61,624 bases of DNA, filler included, from Fonticula-like sp. SCN 57-25 (GCA_001724245.1; 9 parts of 9 records of this genome joined end to end with filler, not necessarily neighbours in it); one strand, 5' to 3'. Shown: positions 45,201 to 57,500, numbered from the whole stretch's first letter. Made by a program: numbers and translations. Notes: generated from the letters alone by a model not told the origin.

Positions 45201-45295
45201 GGTCGAGCGTCACCGCCGAGCCGCTCGGGTTCCCGCAGAGGAACGGAACAACGGTAGGCAGCATGATTGGGGATTTAAAGTACCGCAAGATGTAA
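42203..45295 (+). CDS. LEA-like hydrophilic protein with 11-mer amphipathic repeats
   Basis: KEAGAEAAGRA-type 11-mers at 43320-43800 and charged DK..EKQM repeats at 44520-44730. True start probably downstream (~42938). Confidence 0.7.
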   Translation: MRSPLSASTAQGQCHSKPFTSPSSPIKGTYLSSICVHWCFMMRPVSPTMTSAPSILLCLPPQLATFPFPPNHADHNDNGASGFGASALPPRSLLSFLSPILLSDPRAGTLTPRSIKCSVLTCDLQQHRVAACTRGYLSSDPLNRQHAPGVVNPQAADSSVFSRPTASSSRGPSFDGIAPSVSDADSRLLAEGLRQHHKQRQQQWQPRDAAPSCALNVTPPQGNYGQTSARCPGEHVPATDAGSIPMLGVEDAISFMRAPVDSYVTSIPDAHVAKALGIRSPPAPPPPLSSMTHRNPMHADQRREMGTAAVPPRTGRPHGHVPPPKSLERAQQGPHPPRVKEEDLPDGVDSIMSAVRESTRRTEELLSREGPKTIQQAAGHAKKAGEHVKEAGADAAGHAKEAAHHVKEAGADAAGHAKKAAHHVKEAGADAAGRVKEAGAEAAGQAKKVAHNVKEAGAEAVESAKEVGAEAAGRAKEAGAEAVGRAKEAGAEAAGQAKKVAHNVKEAGAEAVESAKEAAGDAGERVSDAAKRVAGRVVDDAKQVAGRVKEEAQDAAKDVASDVARRGAAAAQDAANWAAPKAVDAVERAVDASKGAAQSVVAKGQAVASKVVPDRVASAAGAAVDQAKDAAAKFTAPEVREAAGRVQDLAGEAAEHLRKSDVAGAGTRTIDAAREVASMLTPPIISDTLKHVAGVSKDAAQKMSGPVSDAAHQVSDVGKEAMHNMAPPKVASTLSHVARATRETLESITPPIVTQTVKQAGAVAREALGIPDKTDKKEAADKNKDEKQMADKDDKHKEKQMADKHDKNKDEKVMTDKFRDNKEEKQMTDKFRDNKEEKQMTDKYAKSDADEAQRLASEIKATGAGRDRYVEHTTADNARGAVTDKLDSKDKPRMSASTVKSRTASEDIEDTRLANERFAASLHEASRDDYYKHVGAMSQTAEQFAETSAPTSSESMFSVGRGSVSSAGQWAREAPRDAAKTAGELLEDEMHTLDDTAGERSSVTAEPLGFPQRNGTTVGSMIGDLKYRKM

Positions 45296-45456
45296 TGACT
45301 CACGCTCGTCATGGCCTTGTAGATTTCCTCACAAAGTATTGCCCATTCGCACCACAAGTTGTAGTTTTTCGGCTCGCATTGGCCTTTTTTCACCTTTTTT
45401 TATGCAAGACACTATATGCATTATGAATATAACCAATTTTTGAAATCAAAGTTTTC

Positions 45457-45538
45457 GACAACGTGTCCGAGTGGTTAAGGAGACAGACTCGAAATCTGTT
45501 GGGATCTTCCCGCACAGGTTCAAATCCTGTCGTTGTCG
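45457..45538 (+). tRNA. tRNA-Ser(CGA)
   Basis: Acceptor GACAACG/CGTTGTC, anticodon arm ACAGA-CTCGAAA-TCTGT, long variable arm, GGTTCAAATCC T-arm, followed by CCA and TTTT. Confidence 0.96.
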
Positions 45539-46214
45539 CCATTTTCTTTTGCTTTTTTTTTGCTTGTTCAGAGGAACAATACGTCTTGACAGTCAACTCT
45601 GCCATAAAGCATTCACAAAACAACATGAAAAGCGTGGCGAAACTCGATTTTTTGAGAAATTGATGCAAGATGGGCGAGATCCTTCAAAACAATCTTGGAT
45701 TGTTTTGATTGGTCGATATAGGATTTTTTATTCCATATTTTGTTGTATCATATAGGAAACCAAGTAGCAGCCTTCTTTTATTGTTGCGCCTTCACGTATA
45801 GCGCTCAATGCATTGAAAGCACCAGCTGGGAAAGCTTCATGAGGATTGCTAAACTTTTTTCAAACAATTTTCTATAGTCAATTTTGCCTTTTGAACAAAA
45901 GAGCCAAGCATAGTCGATTGCACCTAACCTGTAATCCTCTTTGAAACATAAGAAAATTTTGTTCATTTTTGCAAGGGGGCTACCTATTACAAAGAAACAC
46001 ACAGCGAGTGTCCACTATGCGCTGAGACCCCTAATTCAGCAAGTTCCGAGCCAATCGGACCCCACCTGCATGTGAAACTTGCTTCTTTACCCGCACGGCT
46101 TGGCGAATGCTGTCAACATTTAACAAAGCACACATAGGACGCGACGCTTGTCCTTTAGCAGCTCCGACCTGTCCTTTGGTAGCTTCCGCCATCTCGGCAG
46201 CTGGAGACTTGCCG

Positions 46215-47021
46215 CCAGACTGAGCTCGTAGCCTTGAGTCTGGGGTGAGTCTGGGGCAGACTTCTTTGCTGACATGCCCGCCAGCATCACGACGATGTCA
46301 CCGCCAGCCGATCATGGGAATTTGAAGGATCTTCAAGCGCACACGGAGGATCCTCCAGCCGATCATGAGGAGTTTCCGGCCTATCAAGAAAAGCCGATTC
46401 GCTATAGCATTGGAAGTGCGCGCTGCTCGCCATTTCTGCTTGCCATTAACCGCACGCCAGATCTTCCTGACGATCATCCTCTTTTGCGAGGCCAGGCAGG
46501 CTACAACATAACGTGTGGCTGCGGCATTGACGCGGATAATGATTGTGACGATGACGATTTCAGCGACACAGATGATTCTGATGCCGGCGAGGGAGATGAC
46601 CACCTTTGCGAGCACTCTGACGTCACCGTTGATACGAATTCGTAGCATCGCATTAGCGTCGAGGAGGCTGCAATGCGCATTTTTACCAGCTTCAATATGT
46701 TCAAGAGAATAGCTTATTATTATTATTATGTAATTATGCTTCAGCATTATTATTGCAATGTTAATGCAATGGACCATTTCAAAATTGGCGGGAAATGAGG
46801 CGAGTGTCATATTGAGTCAAAATAAAAAATCATGGCTGGAATCAGTACCCGGTTCCGGTTTCTGACTTCTGGAACCGGACCCGGTTCAGACCTCTACACT
46901 GCCTATACCTGGCCTCTACATACCGGCGCAGCTGTACCAGACTGAGCTCGTTGGAGCGGAGGTTACGGAGCCTCGAGTCTGGGGTCAGTTTGGGGCAGAT
47001 TCCATTTGCTGACATGCCCGC
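46215..47021 (+). repeat. Pair of ~65-85 bp direct repeats
   Basis: CCAGACTGAGCTCGT..GAGTCTGGGGT.AGT.TGGGGCAGA..TTTGCTGACATGCCCGC at 46215-46281 and 46937-47021. Confidence 0.7.
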
Positions 47022-47333
47022 ATGTCACCATTGCTGGGATGCCGCGAGCGCCGATGACGCGGCCGAGCTTCGGCCTTCCAGGACACGCTTTTGATTTGCA
47101 CGAGCCCGTCCCTCGTCGCCCACAGATTGCGCATGAAATTTTGACTGATGGTGTGGAAGTCGAAGCAGAGTTTCTGAAACCCACCATCGCCGTCCAGAGA
47201 GACGAACGATCGGCGCTGCAACGCGAACTGAGCNNNNNNNNNNNNNNNNNNNNNNNNNNNNNNNNNNNNNNNNNNNNTTAATTAATTAANNNNNNNNNNN
47301 NNNNNNNNNNNNNNNNNNNNNNNNNNNNNNNNN

Positions 47334-48359
47334 TTCCCACTTTCGGCGATATGTGCTCTTTTGTAGTCTTTCTCGATTGTGGACTCTTTGTAGGTCATTG
47401 ACCTTGGGATAATAAACAAACACAACCCTAAGTTGCGAAATATAAGCAACTCAAAGACGGAAATCATTGACCGCACGATCCGGTCTTGTGAGTGCGCATG
47501 TGTTCGACTGCCTCCTTGAGCAACATGGACGCTGACGACAGCAGAGCGGAATAGTCGGGTTCCTGTGGACGCACGAGGGTGGTGGCAAGGTCTGTGGTGA
47601 GAACGGATCCGAAGGTACCCTCCCAACCCACCGTCTCCACAAAGTAGCGCGCATCGGTATCCTCGTGTTGACGGATCCAATGCCGCTCGTCGGCAGAATC
47701 CAGGCCAAGCTCGCCCTCGTCACCATCCTCGGTGTCAAACAGCAGTAAGAGCTCGCCTTGGGGCGCAACCACTACGGGGACTCCATTCACCCGCCAGTTG
47801 CGGTCAACGCTAAATGGGGCCAAAAGCTCGCTAATGTGATCCTCGCCTGCGCCCTCCGCCTCTGCGCGAAGCGGCTCCTCGTGAACAACCTATCGAGACG
47901 TCAGCACTCGTTGCGCGGACCGGCAGCAGGCCGCACCCTTTGTAGACTAGTCGAGAAAGCGAGCTGCTGCGCGGAGCACGCTTCCCACGAGGGCGCCGCG
48001 TCGCCGGACTTGTGCTGGTGCAATCGCTTCCTGGTCTCTGAGGATGTGACAAAGCCGCAGAAACACGCATAGGCTTCGCACATCCTCAAGCCCTGCACCG
48101 GCACGCCGTCCACAAAGGGCGCCCCAACAGACTCGTGCCAAGCTCGGCGGGTCTGGTCAACCTCCGCCACCGCTTGCTTGTCCACACGATAGCCGTGCTT
48201 GCGTAGGTGCTGGCCAGCCGCAGCCCCCGTGTCGCCCAGCGAGACGCCGCACACACCGCAGAGCAGCAGGTGGAACGCGGTGTTTCCCCTAAGGTAGGTG
48301 AAACCCTCGGTCGTCGACAGAAGCGGGACGAGCTGGCTGCCGTCCCCTTCGTAAATCAT
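47334..48359 (-). CDS. DUF3505/OrsD-like zinc-binding N-terminus, possibly of a telomere-linked-helicase-type protein (3' truncated, spliced)
   Basis: N..FHLLLCGVC..HLRKH..PVQGL..C.CGF..H.H..WE.C.AQ. Intron 47890-47936 (GT..CTGAC..AG) joins ORFs 47901-48359 and 47464-47823 in frame. Confidence 0.45.
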
Positions 48360-49489
48360 AGACTATGCGCACGTGAGCGATGGGCGTGAAAACAGCCACA
48401 CGATCATACCGCCAAGATGCCGGGATCTCTGTCACCCTGTGCTTCCCCCCGGGGTGCGGACCGTGCGGGCCGTGCGGACGGTGCGGCAGGGCGGTCGTGC
48501 TTGCGACGAATGTGGTCACGAAGCGTCTTGACGGCACAAATTGCGGTGCGACAACCCCACGGGCAAATCCACATTCCCTGTCAAATGCTTAGCAAGTATA
48601 ATATAGGCGAGCGGCCGCGTACGTTGGCAGCCTGCGTGGCGTTGATCCTGGAAGAGTCGGTGTTGGGGAACACTAACCCGGTGGTGCCCAAAACAAGCTC
48701 CGTACCCCGTGCCCTTCCCCTCACCCTCATCGGACCAACGCTATTGCTGCCTCGCGGTCGCGGCGGTTCGGCCTCAACCCCCACAGCCACACCAGCCGTC
48801 TCGTCATCGCTCATGGCCAGAAGTGCGTCGTCAATTTCGGATCCCAACCGGGCCAACCCATCCCCACCACTGTCCATACGCGCATCCCCGCGATCCTCAC
48901 GATCCCTCACCACTGACAGGCCTGCGCTTTCAGAGCTAAGCGGCATCATACCACCGGAGCTGATAGACCCTCCTAACAAAGCAGCATGGGTATGAGTCGT
49001 ACGATACCGGTATAGCCGTACCACGCAGAGCCGCATAGACTCAGAGCTGACCAAATTTGACCAATCAAGACGGGCTGATCGGTGTCAAAGTGAAAATCAC
49101 ACAACCCAGATGTGCAAACTGCAAACTAAATCTTCAGCGGTGTCAGCAGTCCTGCCGCAGCAGTCCGCAGCAGTCAGTCAGCAGCAAGATCGCGCGCCAA
49201 GTGGAGCACCAGCGCGTGCTCCGTGGCATAAAGCAACGCGAACCAGCAGTCCAAGAAGCTGCGCTTGCGCTGGTCGCTACTGTTGCTATGCTGACGCGTT
49301 TGCCAACGGAGATCACCGCGAGTGTGCTGCACGATGCCGAGCTCGATGAGAATCGTGCGCGGTTGCCGAAGCGGCGGCGCGTAGATGGGGGACATCGTGC
49401 ATTGCCATCACCTGAAAGACCTTGACTCCTACGCCTGTATTTGATTTGAACGTGTATCGCAACGATGAGCCGCGCGCGCTAACGAATCC

Positions 49490-50630
49490 AATCAATCATC
49501 GCAGCTATTCTAGTCGCGCCCCACAAAAGTCGCGACTTTTCTCAGAGCAAACCGCATTTCTCGGTTCAGCCATTTAGTGCCGATGTACCACGCCAAAGCG
49601 AGTGCATTTCAAGGCTGGGATATGGAGTAATATAGGTTTTGCTCTGATCGGTCCACTGTCGTGAACCAACGGCGCTAGATCCAGGCGCGCTCGTCAATTT
49701 GTCGCGACTTTTCCGAACGCGGCCGGACATTTTGGTGTATCACAATAACGCCATTATTTTATGGAAATGCGAGCGCATTTCAAGGTTGGAATTTGAAGGG
49801 GTTTGTGTTTTGATCTGGTCGGTCTAATGCAATCGAAACCCCGCGGCTTACCTGGGTGAGCTTCACAAATGTAGCGAATATTAAGGACGCGCATACTACA
49901 AAATTGTTGCGCTTTAAATTCTCCATGTGTTCTGTACATGCGAGCGCTATTGAAAGCTTGGCTGCCACGAAATTCGGATATTGGCAGGAGCGTTCATTTT
50001 GGTAACAGCGGCCGAACCATCTGGCGTGCCTCACAAAAGTCGCGACTTTATTCGAGGCGAGCTTGAGAGTGCTGTTGCGCAGTATAATACCTTGACCAGA
50101 ACAAAGAACGAGCGCATTTAAAGGTTGGGCTGCTGTGAAAAATATACTCTACCGGGCCGGGTCGAATAAACCGTGCGCATTGTATTTGGTACTTTTGCAA
50201 GCGCGCTTCTCCAATGCTGCGAATCTGCACAAAATTGATAGTCTATTCTGGTTACACGTCTTAACATCTACGCGTAAAAGTGGCGCGAGCCTTTGGTGCG
50301 TTTGGGTTGTCATGCAACGGCGACGTACATCCGCGGAACATCGGCACCAAAAACCATGGATTACGAATACAATTGATGAAAAAGGGCATGATATCGCCCT
50401 TTTTTGTATACTTTGAGAAGCGTCAGTCGGCATCGGCGCGATGGTCTTGTTGGTCTGGTCGTCGTCCGCCCGGCAATGGCTCCTCGATCATAGCGCGTCC
50501 GACATGCGCCACAAAGTCGCAATTAACGAATCCACCCGCGCGCCAAAGACTGAGCCTCTAAAATTAAAAAGCCCGCGAGCAGCCCCGCCTGTCCCGGCCG
50601 TGTACACGCAGCCGTCGGTGGGCTCGGCGC
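49490..50630. repeat. ~170-bp satellite block 1 with AAAAGTCGCGACTTTT palindromes
   Basis: Palindrome at 49525, ~49697 (degenerate) and 50035. Second motif GCGAGYGCATTT.AAGG.TGG in each unit. Confidence 0.85.
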
Positions 50631-51774
50631 GCTGCAGACAACTTTTGGCAAACTGCAAACTGTGACTGGCATTGCAAACTGCAAACTTGCAAACTGCAAA
50701 CTGTAATTTGAGGTTTGATTTTGTTGTCTGGCTGGTTGTCTGGTATCCATACTATCCGCCTCGCAATGGTCAGGCACCATGCCGCTGTGCGCGTCGTGAA
50801 CGTCACTCCAGCATTTTCGAGTGAGGCATGAATGGTGCGTTCTGGTGTGTGTGTTTTGGTGACGCAGCCTTATATGGGTTATTTGTGCAGCGCTTGTTCG
50901 AGTGAGACGTTCCGCCGGACGCGAGCCGATTCTGTTTCGTCTCGTCAATGAGCTCCCGCACCGTTTGCCAGGCTACTCATCGTGCGGCTCTATTTGGGGT
51001 TTTGTGGTTTGGTTTTGGCTGATCTTTTTTTTTTATATAGTGGACGCGAGGGTAGCTGTCATTCGCTGGTGGCTACCGTTCGCTATTCTTAGCGCCCTCC
51101 TTGTTGCCGAGACTGGGGGTGGGCGGCCCCAAGCCGAGACCTGCTCGCTCTCCTGTGGTCGCGCGCCTACTGACTTTTTGGGCCCGGTTTGGTTTTGTCT
51201 CGCTGTAGCCATGGTAGCGTTGCTGGCGGTTTCATCCTTTTTTTGCGGCGGCAACGTACAGGCCGGAGTTATACGAATCACCGCCTAGGCTGTCATCATG
51301 AACCCAGCCGCCGCCACGCAGCGCTGCACGCGGCATTTTGCGGGGCTATTGGATGAGGTCGCCGTCGCTTATTTATTTGACCACGAGCTTGTTGCTACTT
51401 ATGTCACCCGACCTCGACGATGCGGCAAGGGAGGCGCTCGCCAAGCGCTTCATTCTCCTCGACCTACATAGCGCGCTGCCGCGAGGCGACCTCAACACGG
51501 CCCACGGCCTCGACGGTTGATAGTGGATGCCTCGTATATTGGGATGTTGAGTTTTGTTTTGTACGCATCTTGAGATCGACGGCGGCATCTTGTGTGTACA
51601 GGTCGTATGTGGGTGATCGCTTCCAGTTTCGTTTTGTTCGGGCGGGCTACTTCGGTCCCCGTCTCGTGCATAGCACTCAATACATTGGTTTGAACACAGG
51701 ATACGCGAGCGACGTTAAAGATTGGGTTTTTCAACTAATATTGATGTGATTGATACGTGTATACACAACGTATG

Positions 51775-53310
51775 GCCAGGCCGCGTGCCTCAAAAGTCGC
51801 GACTTTACTGAAAGCTAAACATACGTTCTGGTAGCGCAATATATGTTTAATACACACATGGAAAGCGAGCGCGTTTAAAGGCTGGGATCCAGAGAAATTT
51901 CGATTCTGCTGTGGTCGGTAATATCCGGTGAATCAACGGAGCTAATACAGGCGCGCTCCACAAAAGTCGCGACTTTTCTCGGAGTAAACGTCATTTATCC
52001 GTTGATCCATTTACGTTTTATGTTTCTTGCCAAAGCGAGCGCATTTGAAGGCTGGAATTCGGAGTAATATAGGTTTTTATATGATTGGTTCATCGCCATC
52101 AATCAACGGCGCCAGATCCGGGCGCGCTCGACAAAAGTCGCGACTTTACTGTACACTAAAGACAAATTCTAATACCTCAATGTATGTCTTATCCACGCAT
52201 GAAAAGCGAGCGCATTTAAAGGCTGGAATGTAGAGTAATTTGCGTTTTGCTGTGATCAGTATATTCCAATCAATTATCGGCGCTATATCCGGGCGCGCTC
52301 CACAGAAGTCGCGACTTTACTGAACGCCAAACATGAATTCTAGTAGCACAATATATTTCTTATCCACGCATGAAAAGCGAGCGCATTTAAAGGCTGGAAT
52401 ATGGAGTAATTTTGGTTTCGCTCTGATCGGAGTAATGCAATCAATCATCGCAGCTATTCCGGGCGCGCTTCACGAATGCAGCGAATATTGAAAACGCGCA
52501 TACTACAAAATTGTTGCGCTTTACATTCTCTATGTGTTATGTATATGCGAGCGTGTTTAGAGGCTGGGCCGCCACGAAATTCGGATTTTGCCAGGAGCGT
52601 TCATATTGGTAGCAGTGGCCGATCCGTCCGGCGTGCCTCACAAAAGTCGCGACTTTACTAGAGGCGAGCTAAAGAGTATTGTTGCCTCGTATAATGCCTT
52701 GACCTGGGCCAAAAGCGAGCGCATTTAAAGGTTGGGCTACGGAGAAAAATATAGTTTGCCGCGACGGGTAGTATAATCCGTGTACAGAAATTGATACTTT
52801 TGCAGGCGCGCTTCTCGAATGCTGCGAATCTGCATAAAATTTATATTATATTCTTGTTACACGCCTTTCTGTATATGTGCATGTATGTGCGTAGGTGTAG
52901 CGCGAGCCTTTGGTGCGGCTGGGTGGTCAAGCAAAAATGGCGCTCCTTCGAGCCGCTGCTGTCAGCGGGATCGGTCATGAATCGACCACGGCGGTGTACA
53001 TCCGCGGAGCATCAGCACCACAAACCATGGAAAACGAGTGAAAGTAATAAGAATATCACATACAGTCGCGCTTTGCTGCATATTTTGAGCGGTGTCAGTC
53101 GGCATCGCCACGGCATCGCAGCGATGGTCAGCGGGGCGACATCGCTAGCCATGGCTCGTCGATCATCGCGATTCCGACGTGCGCTGAAAAACGGGTTCAA
53201 CAATTTTACCTGCGCGCCTAAGACTATGTGCTTTATTAACAAAATGCGTGCGAGCTCGCCCGCCTGTACACGACTTCCGCTCGCAGCCGCCCGCGGCATC
53301 GGCGCGAATG
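51775..53310. repeat. ~170-bp satellite block 2
   Basis: Palindrome at 51792, 51962, 52133, 52304 and 52642 (steps 170, 171, 171, 338). The distal part duplicates block 1 at an offset of ~2.6 kb. Confidence 0.9.
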
Positions 53311-54541
53311 AGCTGGCGGGCGAAAGTCAAAAAAATCAAGCGAATCGACGCGAGCCGACGGGAGACCGCACGGCCGCTACTTACCATGTATTTCTGTGCT
53401 CTCTGAAAAGAAATAAAAAAAACAATTTTGAACTCGATGCCGCATGGCATCATGCCTCATGCCTCGCATCGCATCGCATCGCCCGTGAGCGAGGTGGCGG
53501 GAAACTGATGTGTGATGACAGCCTTAGGGTGGGGATGAGCTGCTACCCCGAGCTCACCAATCAAGACTGGTGGGACCAAAGTGGACAGTGTGGCCAGCCA
53601 ATCATATTCTAACGCCGTACGCTGCCGTACGCTGAAGGGGGGGGGGTACAAGGTTGCGCACGACCCAACCCATAAAAGGAAATTTTGCCAGCCGTAGAGC
53701 GCTATCGCCGCAGAACAGGGGGGGGGTTCACCAAGGAACTACCTTATAGGCACAACAGCAAGCCGTCTTTATTGTGAACTGCGTCGTCAGGCATATATGG
53801 CGAACGCGCACTTCCCTCTCGTCAGCGCGGCCTCTTTCCTCGCCGCAGGCATTGCTCGCCACTTTCGAGGCGGCGCTGCTTCAAGATCTTGTCATTGCCA
53901 AGACTTTCGACGTTTCATTCGAGCGCTGGCAAGCTGCNNNNNNNNNNNNNNNNNNNNNNNNNNNNNNNNNNNNNNNNNNNNTTAATTAATTAANNNNNNN
54001 NNNNNNNNNNNNNNNNNNNNNNNNNNNNNNNNNNNNNTCGCGGAGCTGTTTGCAATGAACATCAAGGTGGACTTGCGTGTGTTATAGCGCGGGGCAAGTG
54101 GGGTCGCATTTGGATACTAGTCATTTTCAACATTCTTTCTTTTCTTTTATGGTCTCTTTATGTGCGCGCGCAGACGATGAATGTGTACAAAATTTGACGC
54201 GTGTAATGGACATATTTCACACATGAACAAACTTCTGAACAAACACATTGACAAGCTGAGCTTATATAACTAAAGTGGGCCACAGTAACACTGAAATTTC
54301 GTTAAATTGATTGGCTAGTATTATGGCAACATTATGATGTGAAGAGGGACTCGGCCCTCTGCCCTTTTGTGCAAAACAACCAAGAACGAAATCGAGAGAA
54401 AGAAGATTGAGAAAAAGGATTAGCAAAAGAAAATATGGAAAAAAAGATATTGGAGAACAAAGGCACGGAGCCCAGACGCCGCCGTTGCGCACGATGCGCC
54501 GTGGAAAAGGCGGGCGACGAATAAGTTAATAAGGAGGGACG

Positions 54542-57500
54542 TTAATTCCCGCGCGAGGATGACGCAGCGTGCATCTGCCCGTCGCTGTCTCCGTCCTCCT
54601 CCTCGTACTCGTCGTCGTACTCGTCGTCGTCCGACTCTTCGTCGCCCTCGAGCGCGGCCTCCTCGACGAGGCTGTCGAGCATCGCCGCGCCGCAGACGCG
54701 CACGGCGACCGTGTCTGCCTCGGCGACGGCGTCGGCGCCGAGCATGTGGATGACGTAGTCTGGCGGCAGCGCGTAGGGCGGTGGGCGGACGCGCCTGGCG
54801 TACGACTCCGGAGGGCACACCGGCGGCGGCACCGCAGCGATACCCGCGTGCTCGGCGGCAAACTCGACGTAGTTGAGCGTGGCGAGTGCCGGGGCGGTCG
54901 CCTTGCGGTGGACGAGGAAGAGCGCCATGGCGACCGAGCCGAGCAGCATGACGCCGCCGAGCGCGATGAGGACGATGAGCCACGGCGGGAAGACGAAGGG
55001 CAGCGGCGCGGCGGCGTCGGAGGGAGCGGGCGGCACGGCCACGTTCTGGAGGACCACAAAGTCGGAGAGGTGGGTCGTGAGGCACTGCGCGCTACGGCTG
55101 TCGGCGCGGAGAAGGGAGACGCCTTCCTGTGACCACGTGCCAGAGTCATAGTCGAGGTACGCGCACACGAGGCGCGCGGGGTCGATATTGTCCGCGGCGT
55201 CAAACTCGAAGCGAATCTCGACGGTGTGGCCGCCAAGGTCGGAAATGTAGTCGCGGCCGTTGTCGTCAAGAACGCCGAGGCGAGTGCTGCGAGAGCAGTC
55301 GCGCAGCGCCATCGTGTGGACATTGCCGTCGCTCGGCTGCCAGCGCGTCGCGTTGCCGGCGCCAGAGGTGTCGTACAGCGGGTCGTCGGTGCGCGAAAGG
55401 ATGCGCGCAAAGAGGGCGCGCGCGGCGTTGCCGACAGTGCTAGCGACGTTCGTCTGATTGCCGCCCTCGAGCTTGATCTCGGACGGCGGAGGAACATTCG
55501 CGTACACGGTCGTGTCAATGTCGAGCGAGCTCGCGCAGAGGCACGTGGCGGCGGAGCCGTCGGGGCGCGCGACGCCAAAGGTATCGGGGAAGGTGAAGCT
55601 GCTCACGGCGTGGCCGCCGTCGAGGCGATCGCGGCTGGCCGTGAACGAGATGATGGCGCCGCGCACCGTCGAGGGGCTCTGACGGCACGCCTGGCCGGTC
55701 TGGTACAGCTGCGCGCCAACATCGAGCGCCTGCCAGAACAGCTTGAGGTCGTCCACGGTCGTCTCGGGGCGCGCGAGCAGCACATTCTCTTCAGCGCGAA
55801 GAAGGCAGCCCATAAAGTCATCGGGCATCACCATGCCGTACGTCATCGAGCTGTTGAATGCAACGACTTCGCCGAGAAGGCGCACGAGAAGGGCGGCCGA
55901 CTTTTCAGCGGGGAGGCTCGCCGACGCCTCGGAGAGGGTGCTGAGGACGCACACCTTGCGCATGACGTCGTTGGCGGTCGGCGGGATGCGGTTGCCGGCG
56001 CTGTCGACGGCAGAGTCGAGCGACTGCAAAAAGTCAGACACTTGCGAGGCAATCGCAGAGCGCGGCGACACGGCGGTGTTGACAGTGGTATCAGCGGGGG
56101 CGACGACACTGCGCGCGTAGAGGTCCGAGGACGAAGTGCCGTTGAGGCGGTCGTTGGAGACGGCGAGGCACCCGACAAAGTTGGCCGCGAGGATCTGGAG
56201 GTCGCGCCAGCGGCCGAGCAGGTAGAGCTCTGACGAGCGCCTTCCAAACTCGTTCTCGAGCACGTTGAGGCTGGCCGTATCGGTGACAGTGCACGGCTCG
56301 ACGATGATGACCTGCTCGACAAAGCTCATAGCGCCGTTCTTTTGAATGATGCGGGCAATGACGCGGATGACGTTACCGTGAGTCGGGTTGGGCATGGTCG
56401 TGTTGAGGAGACCGGGGCGCTGCGAAGTAGCCTCGACAAAGCCGTCCTCGCTGTAGTACATGCGGATCGAGTACGTGAGCGGCAGCTGGCTCTCCTGGGC
56501 GGACCAGCCGGGCAGCGAGATGATAAAGTCGTCAAAGACGGCGCGGCCGGACGCCGGCGCAATAACAAGAGAGCCGCCGAGCGGGATGCTCGAGGTGACC
56601 ACCTGCAGCGTGCAGTACGCGACCTGCTCGCCGCGCGTGCCGTTCACGACCGCAAAGATCTCGAGGCGGAACTGGTACACGGAGTTGGGCAGCAGCACCT
56701 CGGGGCGCAGCAGAAGGCCGTCCTCCGAGTTGGGCGGGCCGTTCAGCAAGTTCGGGTTGCTCAGGTCGACCGTCGACAGCGAAATGTTGTTGAAGCCGAG
56801 CGCGCGCGTCGTGCCCTCGAGCGACGTCCACAGGAACTCGTACGTCGCGTTCGGGAGCAGCGAGAGGAGCGCAGAGATGGCCAGCGGGCGCGTCACGACA
56901 AAGTCGGTCGGGTCGGTGCTGCCCGTGTCGAGCAGCGCGTACGGCAGCGGCCCCTGGCGCACCTCGATGACGACAAAGTCGGTCAGGTGCACGAGGCCGG
57001 CGTCCTGCTCGGTCGCGCGGACCTCAAAGTGGTACAGCATGCGCTCGGGGTCGGCGATCAGCTGGAAGGCCTCAAAGTTGGCAAACTCAAAGAGCTGCGG
57101 GACGGGCGACGCGTCCGTCGTGACGTTGCGGATGAACTGAGGCTCAAAGGCAATGATCCTGAGCGGGTCGTTCGGGTCGAGGACGAGGCACGAGTTGGTC
57201 GACGCGAGCGGCGCAACGTTGGTGCAGCTCAGGCGGAGGTCGACGACGCGGCCGCCGAGGCCCGACGGGTCAAGGAGGCTCACATCAATGGTCAGAGCGG
57301 ACGCCTCGCCGATCGAGCGCCATCCACCACCGAGCACGCGAAGGCGGAGCGGCGGCGGCAGCACGTCAATCACAATCGTGTACTGGCCGCTGAGCGACGG
57401 CGTGTCGATAGAGTGCACCGTCACGGTGACGTTGTACTGCGTGCGCGGCGTGAGCGAGTTGCGCGGGAACAGCACCGACGCGGCGTGCTCCTGGCCGGCA

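Noticed and set aside
49490-53310. Palindromic repeats read as a CRISPR-like array
   Set aside because: The sequences between motifs are homologous to each other and ~150 bp long, so this is a satellite rather than unique spacers.
52791-53612. 273-aa ORF and similar ORFs within the satellite blocks
   Set aside because: TTG start, no domain signal, and the frame is not preserved in the duplicate block.
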